A stretch of 64,000 nt of DNA from an uncultured bacterium (GCA_963819815.1 CAWFXL010000001.1:640001-704000); one strand, 5' to 3'; shown: positions 40,506-51,138, numbered from the stretch's first letter. A program made the numbers and translations. The notes: generated from the letters alone by a model not told the origin.

Positions 40506-41084
40506 CTACTTGTTGAATGGCCATTTTTCGCAATAATAGAGAGCGCCAGCAACACCAGTAGCAGCAACTGCACCGACGATAGCAGCGTTACGACGAGCGT
40601 TTCCGTTACCATCTTTTACATCATTAACGAAGTCAGCAGCTGACTGAGCAGCACTGTCAACACCGTCTTTGAATGTAGGTATAGTTTTGTATGCAATACC
40701 AGCAAGAACAGCAGCACCTACTGCAACGCCAGTTCTTTCTTTCCAGCTAGCTTTGTTACCTAGCCAGTTATCAAAAACATCTTTAGCTTTTGCAACCAAG
40801 CCTTTTGATTCATGAATAGGTTCAAGTTTAACGTTCTCTTTCTTTACAGTATCATAAAGAACTGGTACGTCAAAGTTGCCCCTTATTTCGAATTTTTCCC
40901 TTTTACCGCCAGCTTTGGCTTCAGGATGGGTCCATTTGTCTTTATCAGCCACAAGAGCTGTTCCACCTGGAGTTTTCCAACCTACAATCTTTGGAGCTGG
41001 GGCTGCTGGAGCAGTTGCAGCTGCGTTAAGAGACGCTGATCCTAGCACCAATAGTGCTATACTTAAGTGTTTTACATAATTCAT
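40506..41084 (-). CDS. Tandem paralog family member 1
   Basis: GGAGG SD; MNYVKHLS..., PAPKIVGWKTPGGTALVAD, KASWKER, DGNGNARRNA. Confidence 0.88.
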   Translation of the reverse strand: MNYVKHLSIALLVLGSASLNAAATAPAAPAPKIVGWKTPGGTALVADKDKWTHPEAKAGGKREKFEIRGNFDVPVLYDTVKKENVKLEPIHESKGLVAKAKDVFDNWLGNKASWKERTGVAVGAAVLAGIAYKTIPTFKDGVDSAAQSAADFVNDVKDGNGNARRNAAIVGAVAATGVAGALYYCEKWPFNK

Positions 41085-41621
41085 AGTTTTTCCTCCATAG
41101 TATTATGTAATAAATGTAACATATCCATCATCAAACAAATTCTTCGTTAAAGTTTACATCCTTAGCTTCAAATCTACAGAATGTTTTTCTGTTGTCAACA
41201 GCTAAGGTCATAAGGTTTTGCTTCATCTCACATTTTGTGAACTTTTTATGCAACCTTATTAACCCTAGTATATCATTCACATTCTCGTAAGCAAAACCCC
41301 CCCCTCATGTTTGATAGTTTTACTGATTTGATCAAACGATCTTTAAACGTTTGAACGATTCTTTTTTCCACTCTTTCTTTACCCTTGGTAAGGTATAAAG
41401 CCTTCTACTAAAACATTCTAATCTTATACCGCATTTCTTGAGGTATTACAAGTATTTTCTTATAAAAGCCATTCTAATAGTGCACATCCTACCATATAGA
41501 GAGCAAATATACAATCTATCATTACTGTCACAATAACCTAGGTCCCAATGCACTGTCAAGAGTTAGCCTCATTTCCTTTTTACAATAGCAGGAAGTATTC
41601 ACTTTTATTCACATTCTTGCA

Positions 41622-41855
41622 TCAGTCAACACTTCTCACCTCTAGTAGGCCAGGAACTTCTTCCTTAAGACGCTGCTCTATACCCAGCTTAAGCGTATAA
41701 CGGGATAAGGGACAAGTTGCGCAGGCACCTATAAGACGTAATGAAACGATTCCCTCTTGATACGAGACAAGCTCTATGTCACCGCCATCCATTTGAATAG
41801 CAGGACGCATTTCATTAAGAAGCGCTTCAATTTTTATAAGCTCAGAAGAACTCAT
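41622..41855 (-). CDS. NifU C-terminal (Nfu) domain protein
   Basis: RPAIQMDGGDIELV and GACATCP motifs. Confidence 0.92.
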   Translation of the reverse strand: MSSSELIKIEALLNEMRPAIQMDGGDIELVSYQEGIVSLRLIGACATCPLSRYTLKLGIEQRLKEEVPGLLEVRSVD

Positions 41856-41858
41856 CCC

Positions 41859-42218
41859 TTAGATTACCCATTCAAGCTTAGCCATCGAAGCAGTATCACT
41901 TGCACGACGCCCTAAGGGGATAATGCGGGTATAACCACCAGGACGATGAATATAGCGAGGAGCAATCTCAGTAAAGAGCTTTCCTACGACTGCCACATTA
42001 TACGGCAATATACTTTGCGCACGTCGACGGAATTCAAAGGTGTTACCTTTGCGAGCCAACGTAACTAGCTTTTCCGCCATACGCCTAACTTCACGCGCAC
42101 GCGCTTTCGTCGTGATAAGTTGACCCGTTTCAATTAACGTCAATACCTGATTACGGAGTAAAGCGCGTCTATGCGGGCCAGGAAGATTGAGTTTGCTTCG
42201 ACCTGATTGATGATTCAT
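41859..42218 (-). CDS. rplQ: 50S ribosomal protein L17
   Basis: HRRALLRN, ITTKARA and RPGGYTRII motifs. Confidence 0.97.
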   Translation of the reverse strand: MNHQSGRSKLNLPGPHRRALLRNQVLTLIETGQLITTKARAREVRRMAEKLVTLARKGNTFEFRRRAQSILPYNVAVVGKLFTEIAPRYIHRPGGYTRIIPLGRRASDTASMAKLEWVI

Positions 42219-42227
42219 TTTTCTACC

Positions 42228-43274
42228 TTACTGTTCTAAAAGTTTCCTAATATCATCTTCATTAATATTCATGCCAAAGGATAATCCGAAGGACTGCATA
42301 GCATCTTTGACCTCATTGAGAGACTTACGGCCAAAGTTTTTGATCTTAAGCCCTTCATCCTCAGAAAGATTCACTAAATCAATCACACGCTTAATCCCTG
42401 CATTAACAAGACAATTATGAGCACGTACTGACAGTTCAAGTTCATCAATAGGCTTAAGAAGGAGTTCAAGCGGAATCCCTTTCAATGGAGAATCCTCAAG
42501 AGACATTTTTGGTTTAACAGGCACATCTACCGGAATATGAGAAATTTCATTAAACGGAATCTCATCAGTTACCAGAAAATGTTCAAGTTGTGTCCTTAAT
42601 ACCGAAACGGCATAGTTCACTACCTCAACAGGTGCCATGGAACCGTTAGTCGAAACGGCAAGAGTAAGTTTATCATAGTCGATCTCTTTTCCCACACGCG
42701 TTTTTTCAACGTCGAAGGTAACTTTAGTCACCGGGGAGAATAATGCATCGATATGAATACGATTATCTTCTTGAAGTGCCATCCCAATAGGCCATTTTGC
42801 CGGGAGATATCCTCTGCCTGACTCAACAAAAAATTCAATAGAGAGTACCCCATCCTTTGCCACATGTGCAAGCACAAGATCCTTATTAATAATCTCAAGG
42901 TGTTTATCTGCCTCAATATCTGCAGCCGTTACCGTATGAGGGCCCGTAATGTTTAGTCGCATTGTTCCTGGCTGACCAGTACTATTGCTCACCACAAGTT
43001 GCTTGATATTCAGCACAAGTTGCATGGTATCTTCAACAACCCCCTGCAAAGGAGAAAATTCATTGTTCACTCCGTCAATAATAACTGAAGTAACAGATGA
43101 ACCTTCAATACCACCGAGCAATATACGACGTAACGCATTACCGAGTGTAATACCAAAGCCCGGCTCCAACGGTTGTGCAACGATTTCTGCAAAGGTTGCT
43201 TTCAACGTTTCTTTATTCCAACTTAATCGAGGTATCGTTAACGGTTGATATATTTTCTCTGACTTTTCTGGCAT
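42228..43274 (-). CDS. rpoA: RNA polymerase alpha subunit
   Basis: PLEPGFGITLGNALRRILL, ELSVRAHNCL and NFGRKSLNE motifs. Confidence 0.98.
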   Translation of the reverse strand: MPEKSEKIYQPLTIPRLSWNKETLKATFAEIVAQPLEPGFGITLGNALRRILLGGIEGSSVTSVIIDGVNNEFSPLQGVVEDTMQLVLNIKQLVVSNSTGQPGTMRLNITGPHTVTAADIEADKHLEIINKDLVLAHVAKDGVLSIEFFVESGRGYLPAKWPIGMALQEDNRIHIDALFSPVTKVTFDVEKTRVGKEIDYDKLTLAVSTNGSMAPVEVVNYAVSVLRTQLEHFLVTDEIPFNEISHIPVDVPVKPKMSLEDSPLKGIPLELLLKPIDELELSVRAHNCLVNAGIKRVIDLVNLSEDEGLKIKNFGRKSLNEVKDAMQSFGLSFGMNINEDDIRKLLEQ

Positions 43275-43371
43275 GCGTTTTCTCCTCACCTAGCCGGTTG
43301 GGCATCGTATTTCATTGTCTATTTTTACACCATTCATAAGACCAGGGAGCAGAGCTCCCTTGGCACCTATA

Positions 43372-43980
43372 TTATTTAGAGTACAACTCAACAATAAGAT
43401 GTTCCTCAATAGGTGTTGTAATATCAGCACGCACAGGGAAACGTAATACACGCCCCTTACGATCATTTTTACTTAATTCTACCCAGTCAGGAACCTTAAT
43501 ACCCGTACTAAGTCGCTTATCGATTACTTCCTCAATGAACACTTTCTTCTCAAGAACCTTCGGCTTATATGAAATAACATCATTAATGCCTACTAAATAT
43601 GAGGGCGAGCTCACTTTCTTACCATTCACGATGACCAATCCGTGCACAATCGCTTGACGTGCTTGAGGACGTGTCGACGCCAATTTGAGACGATAAAGCA
43701 CATTGTCAAGACGACGCTCAAGCAAGCTCAAAAGACTCTCACCTGTAGCTGCTTCACTCTTGACGGCCATCTTAAAGATACGCTTAAACTGAGCCTCACG
43801 CATCCCGTACATCTTTTTAACTTTTTGTTTTTCTTGAAGCTGTTTACCATATTCTGACAGCTTCTTCATACTGGTTTTCTTTTTTTCAACTTTAGCACCG
43901 GCCTCAGCGTTCGCTCCGCCTGGGCGAGTGCCTGGACGAGCTGAACGAGGACCACCAGATTTCATTGTCTTTTTTTCCAT
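43372..43980 (-). CDS. rpsD: 30S ribosomal protein S4 (atypical N-terminus)
   Basis: SEYGKQLQEKQK, LERRLDNV and IVELYSK motifs. Confidence 0.96.
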   Translation of the reverse strand: MEKKTMKSGGPRSARPGTRPGGANAEAGAKVEKKKTSMKKLSEYGKQLQEKQKVKKMYGMREAQFKRIFKMAVKSEAATGESLLSLLERRLDNVLYRLKLASTRPQARQAIVHGLVIVNGKKVSSPSYLVGINDVISYKPKVLEKKVFIEEVIDKRLSTGIKVPDWVELSKNDRKGRVLRFPVRADITTPIEEHLIVELYSK

Positions 43981-44004
43981 TGCATCAACCTTCGAATCTA
44001 TACC

Positions 44005-44388
44005 TTATACCCGACGTTTTTTCGCTGCACGTGTACCATTATGTGGTAAGGGTGTCACATCTCGTAAGATACTAATGTGCAAACCTGAACCCTGTAAAGC
44101 TCGAACCACCGCATCCCTACCTGAGCCCGGACCACACAGATTAACCTCCAGAGTTCTCACACCCAAATCACTCATCTCTTTTGCAAGAGTAGATCCTATC
44201 TGGGTAGCTGCAAAGGGGGTACTCTTACGTGATCCTTTAAATCCAAGAGCTCCCGCGCTCTTGCGTAAGAGGACATCACCATCTGTAGTGGTGATTGAAA
44301 CAAGCGTATTATTAAACGTTGAGGTAATATGCGCTACCGCATTCTCAACGTGACGCTTTGCTTTTTTCGACTTTTTCTTATAGGCCAT
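44005..44388 (-). CDS. rpsK: 30S ribosomal protein S11
   Basis: TFNNT, GFKGSRKSTPFAA and DVTPLPHNG motifs. Confidence 0.98.
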   Translation of the reverse strand: MAYKKKSKKAKRHVENAVAHITSTFNNTLVSITTTDGDVLLRKSAGALGFKGSRKSTPFAATQIGSTLAKEMSDLGVRTLEVNLCGPGSGRDAVVRALQGSGLHISILRDVTPLPHNGTRAAKKRRV

Positions 44389-44415
44389 AGGTAAATTCCT
44401 CAGGTAGTATCCGAA

Positions 44416-44808
44416 CTATTTCTTTGTCACCTTTTTCTTCAATGCAATAGCTGATCCAGCGCGTTTTGGACCCTTACGCGTACGTGCATTGGTTTTGGTT
44501 CGTTGTCCACGGGCGGGAAGTGATTTTTTGTGACGTGAGCCACGGTAGCTTCCAATATCCTGTAAACGCTTAATATTCAAACGAATCTCTTTGCGCAAAT
44601 CACCCTCAGTAAGGTAGCCTGCGGTCACTTCACTCTGAATTGCCGCAATTTCCTCATCAGAAAGATCTTTAACTCGCTTATCAAAGTTTATTTTAAGCTT
44701 CGTCAGAATGTCACGAGAGAGCTTGAGCCCTAAGCCAAATACGTAGGGTAATGCATACTCAATTCGTTTGTTATTAGGAAGATTAACTCCCTCAATTCGT
44801 GCTGCCAT
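44416..44808 (-). CDS. rpsM: 30S ribosomal protein S13
   Basis: ARIEGVNLP and [14 protein letters not shown] motifs. Confidence 0.98.
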   Translation of the reverse strand: MAARIEGVNLPNNKRIEYALPYVFGLGLKLSRDILTKLKINFDKRVKDLSDEEIAAIQSEVTAGYLTEGDLRKEIRLNIKRLQDIGSYRGSRHKKSLPARGQRTKTNARTRKGPKRAGSAIALKKKVTKK

Positions 44809-44818
44809 TTAGGTCCTC

Positions 44819-44935
44819 TTAGCCTTGTCGTTGCTTATGACGTGGGTTCGTTTTGCAAAGCACACGAACAACACGTTTGCGTTTAATAATTTCACAATCA
44901 CGACATATTTTTTTAACTGATGTTCTTACTTTCAT
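44819..44935 (-). CDS. rpmJ: 50S ribosomal protein L36
   Basis: Manual translation [38 protein letters not shown]. Confidence 0.97.
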   Translation of the reverse strand: MKVRTSVKKICRDCEIIKRKRVVRVLCKTNPRHKQRQG

Positions 44936-44950
44936 AGTACACCTTCTATA

Positions 44951-45181
44951 TTAATTTTTATACCGTAAAACAATACGCCCTCGCGTTAAGTCATACGGTG
45001 ATAGTTCTAAAGCTACTCTATCTCCAGGCAAAATACGGATGTAAAACATACGCATCTTTCCCGATACATGCCCCAATACTACGTGCCCACCCTCAATTTC
45101 CACACGAAACATAGCATTGGGCAACGTTTCTTTGACAATTCCATCTACGCGAATAACATCTTCCTTAGATTTCACAGTCAC
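44951..45181 (-). CDS. infA: Translation initiation factor IF-1
   Basis: [13 protein letters not shown] and [10 protein letters not shown] motifs. Confidence 0.98.
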   Translation of the reverse strand: MTVKSKEDVIRVDGIVKETLPNAMFRVEIEGGHVVLGHVSGKMRMFYIRILPGDRVALELSPYDLTRGRIVLRYKN

Positions 45182-45190
45182 TTTTTTTCC

Positions 45191-45940
45191 TTATAACCTT
45201 GTAATAATCTTTGGCCCCTGATCGGTTACAATCACCGTATCTTCCACATGAGCCGCCAAACTTTTATCAACCGTTTTCACTGTCCAGCCATCATCGTCTA
45301 CGTAGACATGGTAATCACCCATGGTAATCATCGGTTCTATAGCAAAAGCCATACCAGATTTAATTACCGGTCCACAGTCAACTTTTCCATAATTCAATAT
45401 CTCAGGGTCTTCATGCATCTTTTTACCAATACCATGCCCCGCAAATTCTCTTACTACGCCATAGCCATGACTTTCAACAACCTGCTGAATAGTGGCCGAG
45501 AGTGTTCCCAGCCGCTCCCCTTGGCGAGCACATTTAATGCCTTCATCAAGAGCTCCTTGTGCCGCTTCCAAAAATTTAGAAACCTCTTTCGAAGGGGTTC
45601 CTAGAAAAAAGGGTCGCGCCATATCAGCACAGTACCCATCATAGGAAGCACACACATCAACCTTTACTAGGTCACCTACTGTAAGTTTTGAGTTCTCAGC
45701 AGGGACTCCATGCACCACTTCATCATTAACCGAAATGCAACTTGCATGTCGATAGCCATGGTACCCTTTGGTACAGGATATCATCTTATTTTTTTGTGTA
45801 TACTGATCGATATAGCTATCTATCTGCAAGGTTGTCATACCCGGTTCAATCCAAATCTTAAGGATTTCAAAGAGCTCTGCAAGTAGTTTACCTGCAATCG
45901 CCATGCGTTCTTGCGCGTGACTATTTTTTATCGTTATCAT
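45191..45940 (-). CDS. map: Methionine aminopeptidase type I
   Basis: CISVNDEVVHGVP, GHGIG..MHEDP, AIEPMI and AHVEDT motifs. Confidence 0.97.
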   Translation of the reverse strand: MITIKNSHAQERMAIAGKLLAELFEILKIWIEPGMTTLQIDSYIDQYTQKNKMISCTKGYHGYRHASCISVNDEVVHGVPAENSKLTVGDLVKVDVCASYDGYCADMARPFFLGTPSKEVSKFLEAAQGALDEGIKCARQGERLGTLSATIQQVVESHGYGVVREFAGHGIGKKMHEDPEILNYGKVDCGPVIKSGMAFAIEPMITMGDYHVYVDDDGWTVKTVDKSLAAHVEDTVIVTDQGPKIITRL

Positions 45941-46623
45941 GTGCGCATGAAACCTGTTGTTTCCAATAAGCGCTCATACACTTCTTCTAGGGGCATATGA
46001 GCCTGAACAACGCTCACCGGATGCCCAGACTTTTCATAAAACTCATGCAATCCCTTCTCATGCTCATGATAAATCCTTAGCCGCTCCATTATTGCAGACT
46101 CTTCATCATCAGTACGCCTTACTAAAGGACTACTACATTCATTACAAATATTTACCTGAGTAGGAGTATTTCCAGATCCCTTATGTAGGGAATAAACCAT
46201 CTGGCACGAATTATTTTGGCAAATAGACCGGGCTAATAAACGATAGACTAAATCTTCGTCAGGAATTACCAAGCGCACTAAATGCAATGTCATATCTCCA
46301 CGTGACTCCAAAAGCTCATGTAATGTCTCGGCTTGGGGCACTGTTCGGGGAAACCCATCAAATATTACCGTTTGACCTTTCATAGACTGAGCTAGCCACT
46401 CATCGACCATAGTCATCACAAGAGTGTCTGAAATTAGTTTACCAGATTTGATAGCAAAATCTATCTTCTTACCGATCTCAGTCCCTTGGGCTATATTTTC
46501 CCTGCAGAGATTCCCGGTAGATAACTGCTGCCAGCCAAGGCGCTTAATACATAACTGAGAAAGTGATCCCTTTCCAGCCCCAGGTGGGCCAAGGAACAGG
46601 ACAATATTTCTTTGAGTCTTCAA
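45937..46623 (-). CDS. adk: Adenylate kinase
   Basis: GPPGAGKG, DGFPRT, Cys-containing LID, RxDD. Confidence 0.96.
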   Translation of the reverse strand: MKTQRNIVLFLGPPGAGKGSLSQLCIKRLGWQQLSTGNLCRENIAQGTEIGKKIDFAIKSGKLISDTLVMTMVDEWLAQSMKGQTVIFDGFPRTVPQAETLHELLESRGDMTLHLVRLVIPDEDLVYRLLARSICQNNSCQMVYSLHKGSGNTPTQVNICNECSSPLVRRTDDEESAIMERLRIYHEHEKGLHEFYEKSGHPVSVVQAHMPLEEVYERLLETTGFMRT

Positions 46624-47936
46624 CGTGTAACCTTACTTTTCATTCGTCCTGATGATAAGAAAGACCCATATTTATATTCAATTAAATAGGATTCTATCTG
46701 AGCCGAAGTCTCAAGAGCAACACCCACCATAATAAGAAGTGAAGTACCTCCAATAAAAATAGGCAAATGCAGCATCGTACCCAACAAGATAGCCGGGGCG
46801 ATCGCTAATAAACCTAAATAGATAGCTCCCACAAGACCTATACGGGTCAAAATATAATCAAAGTAATCGGCCGTCTGTTTCCCTGGACGAAGTCCCGGAA
46901 TAAAGCCACCACCCTTCTTCATATTATCAGCTAATTCCGTTGGATTGAAGGCGATAGCTGTGTAAAAGAAGGTAAAGAATATAATCAAACCAAATTCAAG
47001 TGCAAGATACAGTGCACCATTGCTTGAAAGTGCGTTAACTACTTTCTGAAGCCAAGGAACCCACCCGGCAAGTACCCCAATAAAAAAGGTGGGAATGTTC
47101 AAGAAGGACCCTGCAAAAATTACAGGCATCACCCCAGCAGTATTAATCTTAAAAGGTATGTAGGTACTCTGCCCACCATAGACGCGCTGTCCAATAATCC
47201 GTCGAGCATACTGCACAGGAATTTTGCGCTCACCTTTCTCAAGAAACACAATAAGACCCGCAATAACGATCAAGACAAGTATCGCTACGAGGGCTTTAAG
47301 CGGACTTACGGTAAACAGAGCCGCAAAACTTCTTGGAAAGGTGGCTACGATACCTGCAAAAATCAGCATCGAAGCTCCATTGCCTATACCAAAAAGAGAA
47401 ATTTGTTCGCCAAGCCACATCACAAACATCGCACCTGCAGTTAAGGAAAGAACAAACAGGAAAATAAAGCCGTACCCTGGAGATACGACCAATCCGGGCG
47501 TTTGAGTTGCATTTTGATGTAACAAGGCAAGCGCCATAGAAAGACTATAGCCAACAGCAAGGACAAGGGCTACATACCGAGTGTACTGGTTAATTAGGCG
47601 ACGTCCGTAGTCACCCTCTTTCATAAGAGCCTCCAATGAAGGAACGGTCATGCTCAACATCTGCATAATAATCGATGCAGTAATATAGGGACCAACTCCA
47701 AGGGAGAATATGGTACTTTGCGTCAGAGATCCCCCTGAAAATGTATCAAAGTAACTCAAAAAGCCCTTAAAAGCCGATTGTTTCGCCAAAAATTCTGTAA
47801 GCATGACGACATTAACCCCAATTGCAGGGATCATTCGTCCAATCATAAAGATAACAAGAACCCCTAAGGTAAATGCTATTTTCTTGGTGAGCTCAGGAAT
47901 CTTAAAAATGTTCGCAAAATTCATTAACAAAACCAC
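46620..47936 (-). CDS. secY: Preprotein translocase SecY
   Basis: GVGPYITASII, GIGNG.S, GVMPVIFA, FIPGLRPG and GGTSLLI motifs. Confidence 0.98.
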   Translation of the reverse strand: MVLLMNFANIFKIPELTKKIAFTLGVLVIFMIGRMIPAIGVNVVMLTEFLAKQSAFKGFLSYFDTFSGGSLTQSTIFSLGVGPYITASIIMQMLSMTVPSLEALMKEGDYGRRLINQYTRYVALVLAVGYSLSMALALLHQNATQTPGLVVSPGYGFIFLFVLSLTAGAMFVMWLGEQISLFGIGNGASMLIFAGIVATFPRSFAALFTVSPLKALVAILVLIVIAGLIVFLEKGERKIPVQYARRIIGQRVYGGQSTYIPFKINTAGVMPVIFAGSFLNIPTFFIGVLAGWVPWLQKVVNALSSNGALYLALEFGLIIFFTFFYTAIAFNPTELADNMKKGGGFIPGLRPGKQTADYFDYILTRIGLVGAIYLGLLAIAPAILLGTMLHLPIFIGGTSLLIMVGVALETSAQIESYLIEYKYGSFLSSGRMKSKVTR

Positions 47937-47952
47937 AGCTTATCTCTCCTAT

Positions 47953-48450
47953 TTATGCAGCTTTCGAGCGAGCTTTTACCTTTTTCTTTTCAGCATCCAT
48001 CGATACTTTCTTTGGTTCAATGTGATGCACTTCGCCACCAGAATTCAATATACGGTCAGCAGCAGTTTTACTAAATTTATCTGCATGAACCACAAGCTTT
48101 TTCGATAAGGTACCGTCACCTAAAATTTTAAGAAGTCGACGACCACCTTTAATAAGACCCTTTTCAAAAAGAGCTTGTGCAGTAACTACCTCACCATGTT
48201 CAAAACGAACATCGAGCTCCTTGATATTTACTAATTCATAGGATGTTCTAAAGGGTGCATTATTAAACCCATGCTTAGGGAAACGTCTCGTAAGAGGCAT
48301 CTGGCCACCTTCGTATTGTGTACGAATTTTTGGTCCTGAACGAGCCTTTTGCCCTTTATGACCTTTACCTGAGGTACCACCTCGGCCACCGCTACGACCA
48401 ATACGTTTTCTTTTTTTCCCTGAGGACGTTAACGAATCTAGAGAAATCAT
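47953..48450 (-). CDS. rplO: 50S ribosomal protein L15
   Basis: GKGHKGQKARSG and EGGQMPL motifs. Confidence 0.97.
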   Translation of the reverse strand: MISLDSLTSSGKKRKRIGRSGGRGGTSGKGHKGQKARSGPKIRTQYEGGQMPLTRRFPKHGFNNAPFRTSYELVNIKELDVRFEHGEVVTAQALFEKGLIKGGRRLLKILGDGTLSKKLVVHADKFSKTAADRILNSGGEVHHIEPKKVSMDAEKKKVKARSKAA

Positions 48451-48451
48451 A

Positions 48452-48946
48452 TTATTCCTTTACCACTTCTTTAACTGATTTACCACGAAGGTGCGCTATA
48501 TGTTCAGCCGAACGAAGCTTTGCTAGTGCATTCAGGGTCGCTTTGACCAGATTTTGTCCACAGCCTGAAGTTCCAATCGATTTAGCAAGAACATCTTTAA
48601 TACCAAGCGCCTCCATAACTAAACGAACTGCACCACCCGCAATAACACCCGTACCTTTACAGGCTGAGTTGATAACTACGGTTGAAGCTCCATGCTTACC
48701 CATCACATTATAGGGTATCGTATCTCCACGCATGGAAACGGTAATCATATTTTTACGAGCCCGCATCGTAGCCTTAGCGATTGCCGCAGAAACTTCACGA
48801 CTCTTACCAAGCCCGATCCCAATACGACCCTTTTGGTCTCCCGATACTACAAACGCAGAGAAGGAAAATCGCTTTCCACCTTTTGTTACCTTGGTGACAC
48901 GATTGACGCTTACTACGTTATCTACAAAATCTTTTTGCTCTGCCAT
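48452..48946 (-). CDS. rpsE: 30S ribosomal protein S5
   Basis: [14 protein letters not shown] and GTGVIAGG motifs. Confidence 0.98.
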   Translation of the reverse strand: MAEQKDFVDNVVSVNRVTKVTKGGKRFSFSAFVVSGDQKGRIGIGLGKSREVSAAIAKATMRARKNMITVSMRGDTIPYNVMGKHGASTVVINSACKGTGVIAGGAVRLVMEALGIKDVLAKSIGTSGCGQNLVKATLNALAKLRSAEHIAHLRGKSVKEVVKE

Positions 48947-48962
48947 GCTCTTACCTTACTTG

Positions 48963-49316
48963 CTAAATGCGTAATCCACCTTCTCTCAACCCCTCTGCAA
49001 TCGCCGCAATGCGGCCATGATAGAGAAATCTTCCACGATCGAAAATAACCGACTCAATACCTGCTTTCAAAGCACGTTGCGCTAACTCTTTACCCACTTG
49101 ATGAGCACGCTCTTTCTTCGACCCTTTAAGCTCTTTAAGCTCAAGAGTTGAGCAGCTCACGATGGTCTTGTTATGCGCATCGTCTATGACTTGCGCATAA
49201 ATATTTCGTGCGCTCCTAAAGATCGATACTCGGGGAACTCCCGCATTTCTTACTTTACTTCGTACATGCAGCGCTCGTCTTTTCCGTGCTGCAGCTATTT
49301 TTTTGATTATTGACAC
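48963..49316 (-). CDS. rplR: 50S ribosomal protein L18
   Basis: [14 protein letters not shown] and FDRG.FLYHGR motifs. Confidence 0.97.
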   Translation of the reverse strand: MSIIKKIAAARKRRALHVRSKVRNAGVPRVSIFRSARNIYAQVIDDAHNKTIVSCSTLELKELKGSKKERAHQVGKELAQRALKAGIESVIFDRGRFLYHGRIAAIAEGLREGGLRI

Positions 49317-49340
49317 ATCTATCCTTTATGAGGTTTCTAT

Positions 49341-49877
49341 CTATGCTTTAGCTTTACCTGCTTTACGTCTAATTGTTTCATCGACGTACTTAATCCCTGT
49401 TCCTTTATACGGTTCTGGGGGGCGCAATGCACGTATATGACTACATACATGGCCTAATAAATCTTTATCAAATGAACTAAAGCTCAGCTTTTGGCCGGTT
49501 TTATCAACTTCCAAGGTAACCTCTTTGGGAAGCTCATAATCGATTTTATGGCTATAGCCCAATGAAAACTGTATTTTAGGTCCCTGAATGATCGCCTTAA
49601 AACCAAGGCCATTTATCTCTAATTTTTTAACAAACCCGGTATCAGCCCCAATAATTCTATTATTGATAAGCGCTCTATGTAGGCCCCAAAGTCTGTTGGT
49701 ATCACTCGTCTTACGCACGGCAGTGATACGAAGCATTTTATCTTCAATTTCAGCTTTTAGGTGATCATCAAGATGATACACACCACTCGCCTTTTTGCCC
49801 TTATAGTGGACTTCCTGGCCTTTAACCTCAACAGTTGTACCACCTAGAGGTATCGGTTTTCTTCCAATCTTTGACAT
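49341..49877 (-). CDS. rplF: 50S ribosomal protein L6
   Basis: MSKIGRKPI, LGYSH and RPPEPYKGTGI motifs. Confidence 0.97.
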   Translation of the reverse strand: MSKIGRKPIPLGGTTVEVKGQEVHYKGKKASGVYHLDDHLKAEIEDKMLRITAVRKTSDTNRLWGLHRALINNRIIGADTGFVKKLEINGLGFKAIIQGPKIQFSLGYSHKIDYELPKEVTLEVDKTGQKLSFSSFDKDLLGHVCSHIRALRPPEPYKGTGIKYVDETIRRKAGKAKA

Positions 49878-49888
49878 ACGTTCCTCCG

Positions 49889-50284
49889 TTACCAAACCGT
49901 GCAGAGTAATTCACCGCCAACAGAAAGACTGCGAGCTTTCTTATTTGACATAACTCCACGATTTGTCGTCACAATTGAAATCCCTAAATTACCAATAACT
50001 GGCTTCATAGAACCAAATCCATAGTACTGACGCAAACCGGGAGTACTCACGCGGTCAATTTCATGAATCACTGACTCACCTTTAACGTACTTAAGACCAA
50101 TAACAAGATTTTTTTTCGTCGCATCAAGGTCTATTACATTCACGTGACGAATAAATCCTTCATCAAGAAGTACCTTAGCTATCTCATGCTTTAAACGAGA
50201 ATATGGCGCGGTTACTTCACGCTTGCCAACCATTACTCCATTACGGATGATGGTGAGAAAATTTCCTACTGCATCTACTGACAT
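49889..50284 (-). CDS. rpsH: 30S ribosomal protein S8
   Basis: LTIIRNG, RVSTPGLR and GGELLC motifs. Confidence 0.97.
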   Translation of the reverse strand: MSVDAVGNFLTIIRNGVMVGKREVTAPYSRLKHEIAKVLLDEGFIRHVNVIDLDATKKNLVIGLKYVKGESVIHEIDRVSTPGLRQYYGFGSMKPVIGNLGISIVTTNRGVMSNKKARSLSVGGELLCTVW

Positions 50285-50299
50285 GTTCAGCCCTTTACC

Positions 50300-50482
50300 T
50301 TACCAACTTGTTTTCTTCACACCAGGTAACACGCCCTTAAGAGCAAGTGTCCTGAAACAGAGACGACACAGTTCAAACATACGTATAAACCCTCGAGGTC
50401 GTCCACAGAGCTTACATCTATTTCTCTTTCTTACCGCAAACTTTGGGTGCATCGATTTTTCAATTAGTGCTTTACGAGCCAT
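50300..50482 (-). CDS. rpsN: 30S ribosomal protein S14 (Zn-binding type)
   Basis: [22 protein letters not shown]. Confidence 0.97.
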   Translation of the reverse strand: MARKALIEKSMHPKFAVRKRNRCKLCGRPRGFIRMFELCRLCFRTLALKGVLPGVKKTSW

Positions 50483-50485
50483 TTT

Positions 50486-51109
50486 TTATGATTCCTTCCT
50501 AAAAGGCATTCCAAAACTTCTTAAGAGCTCTCTGGCCTGCTCATCAGAGTCAGTTGAGGTATGAATCGTAATATTCATACCAAACGTTTTTTCCACATTC
50601 GTATCAACTTCAGGGAAAATAGACCACTCTTTTATACCCACATTATAGTTTCCACGTCCATCTAACTTTGTTGGCAACCCCTGGAAATCACGAACTTTAG
50701 GTAATGCCAAATTAACAAACTTATCAAGAAATACATACATCTGACGGCCGCGCAGGGTTACACAGGTTCCAATAGCCATACCCTCACGAATCTTAAATCC
50801 TGCAATAGACTTTGTCGCCTCAGTCTTAACCGACTTTTGCCCTGCAATATTATCGAGCGTTTTCATCACCGTGGCAAGCACTTTACTATCACTCACAGCC
50901 TCCTTGACCCCAACGTTGATCACAATTTTTAAGAGGCGAGGAACTTGCATGATATTACTCAGCCCAAATTTTTTCTGTAAGGCGGGGCGTATCGTCTCTA
51001 CATACGTAACTCCAAGGCGGGCCTTAGAATCAGATGAAGAAGTCGCGGCTTTAGGAGCCTTTGCCTTCGTAGCCTGTGTCGCTGTTTTTTGAGTAACCGT
51101 TGCCATCAA
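50486..51109 (-). CDS. rplE: 50S ribosomal protein L5 with N-terminal extension
   Basis: KIVINVG, FKIREG, PKVRDFQG and DGRGNY motifs. Confidence 0.97.
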   Translation of the reverse strand: MMATVTQKTATQATKAKAPKAATSSSDSKARLGVTYVETIRPALQKKFGLSNIMQVPRLLKIVINVGVKEAVSDSKVLATVMKTLDNIAGQKSVKTEATKSIAGFKIREGMAIGTCVTLRGRQMYVFLDKFVNLALPKVRDFQGLPTKLDGRGNYNVGIKEWSIFPEVDTNVEKTFGMNITIHTSTDSDEQARELLRSFGMPFRKES

Positions 51110-51138
51110 TAATCCTTATTGTATTTCTTACTACAAAC

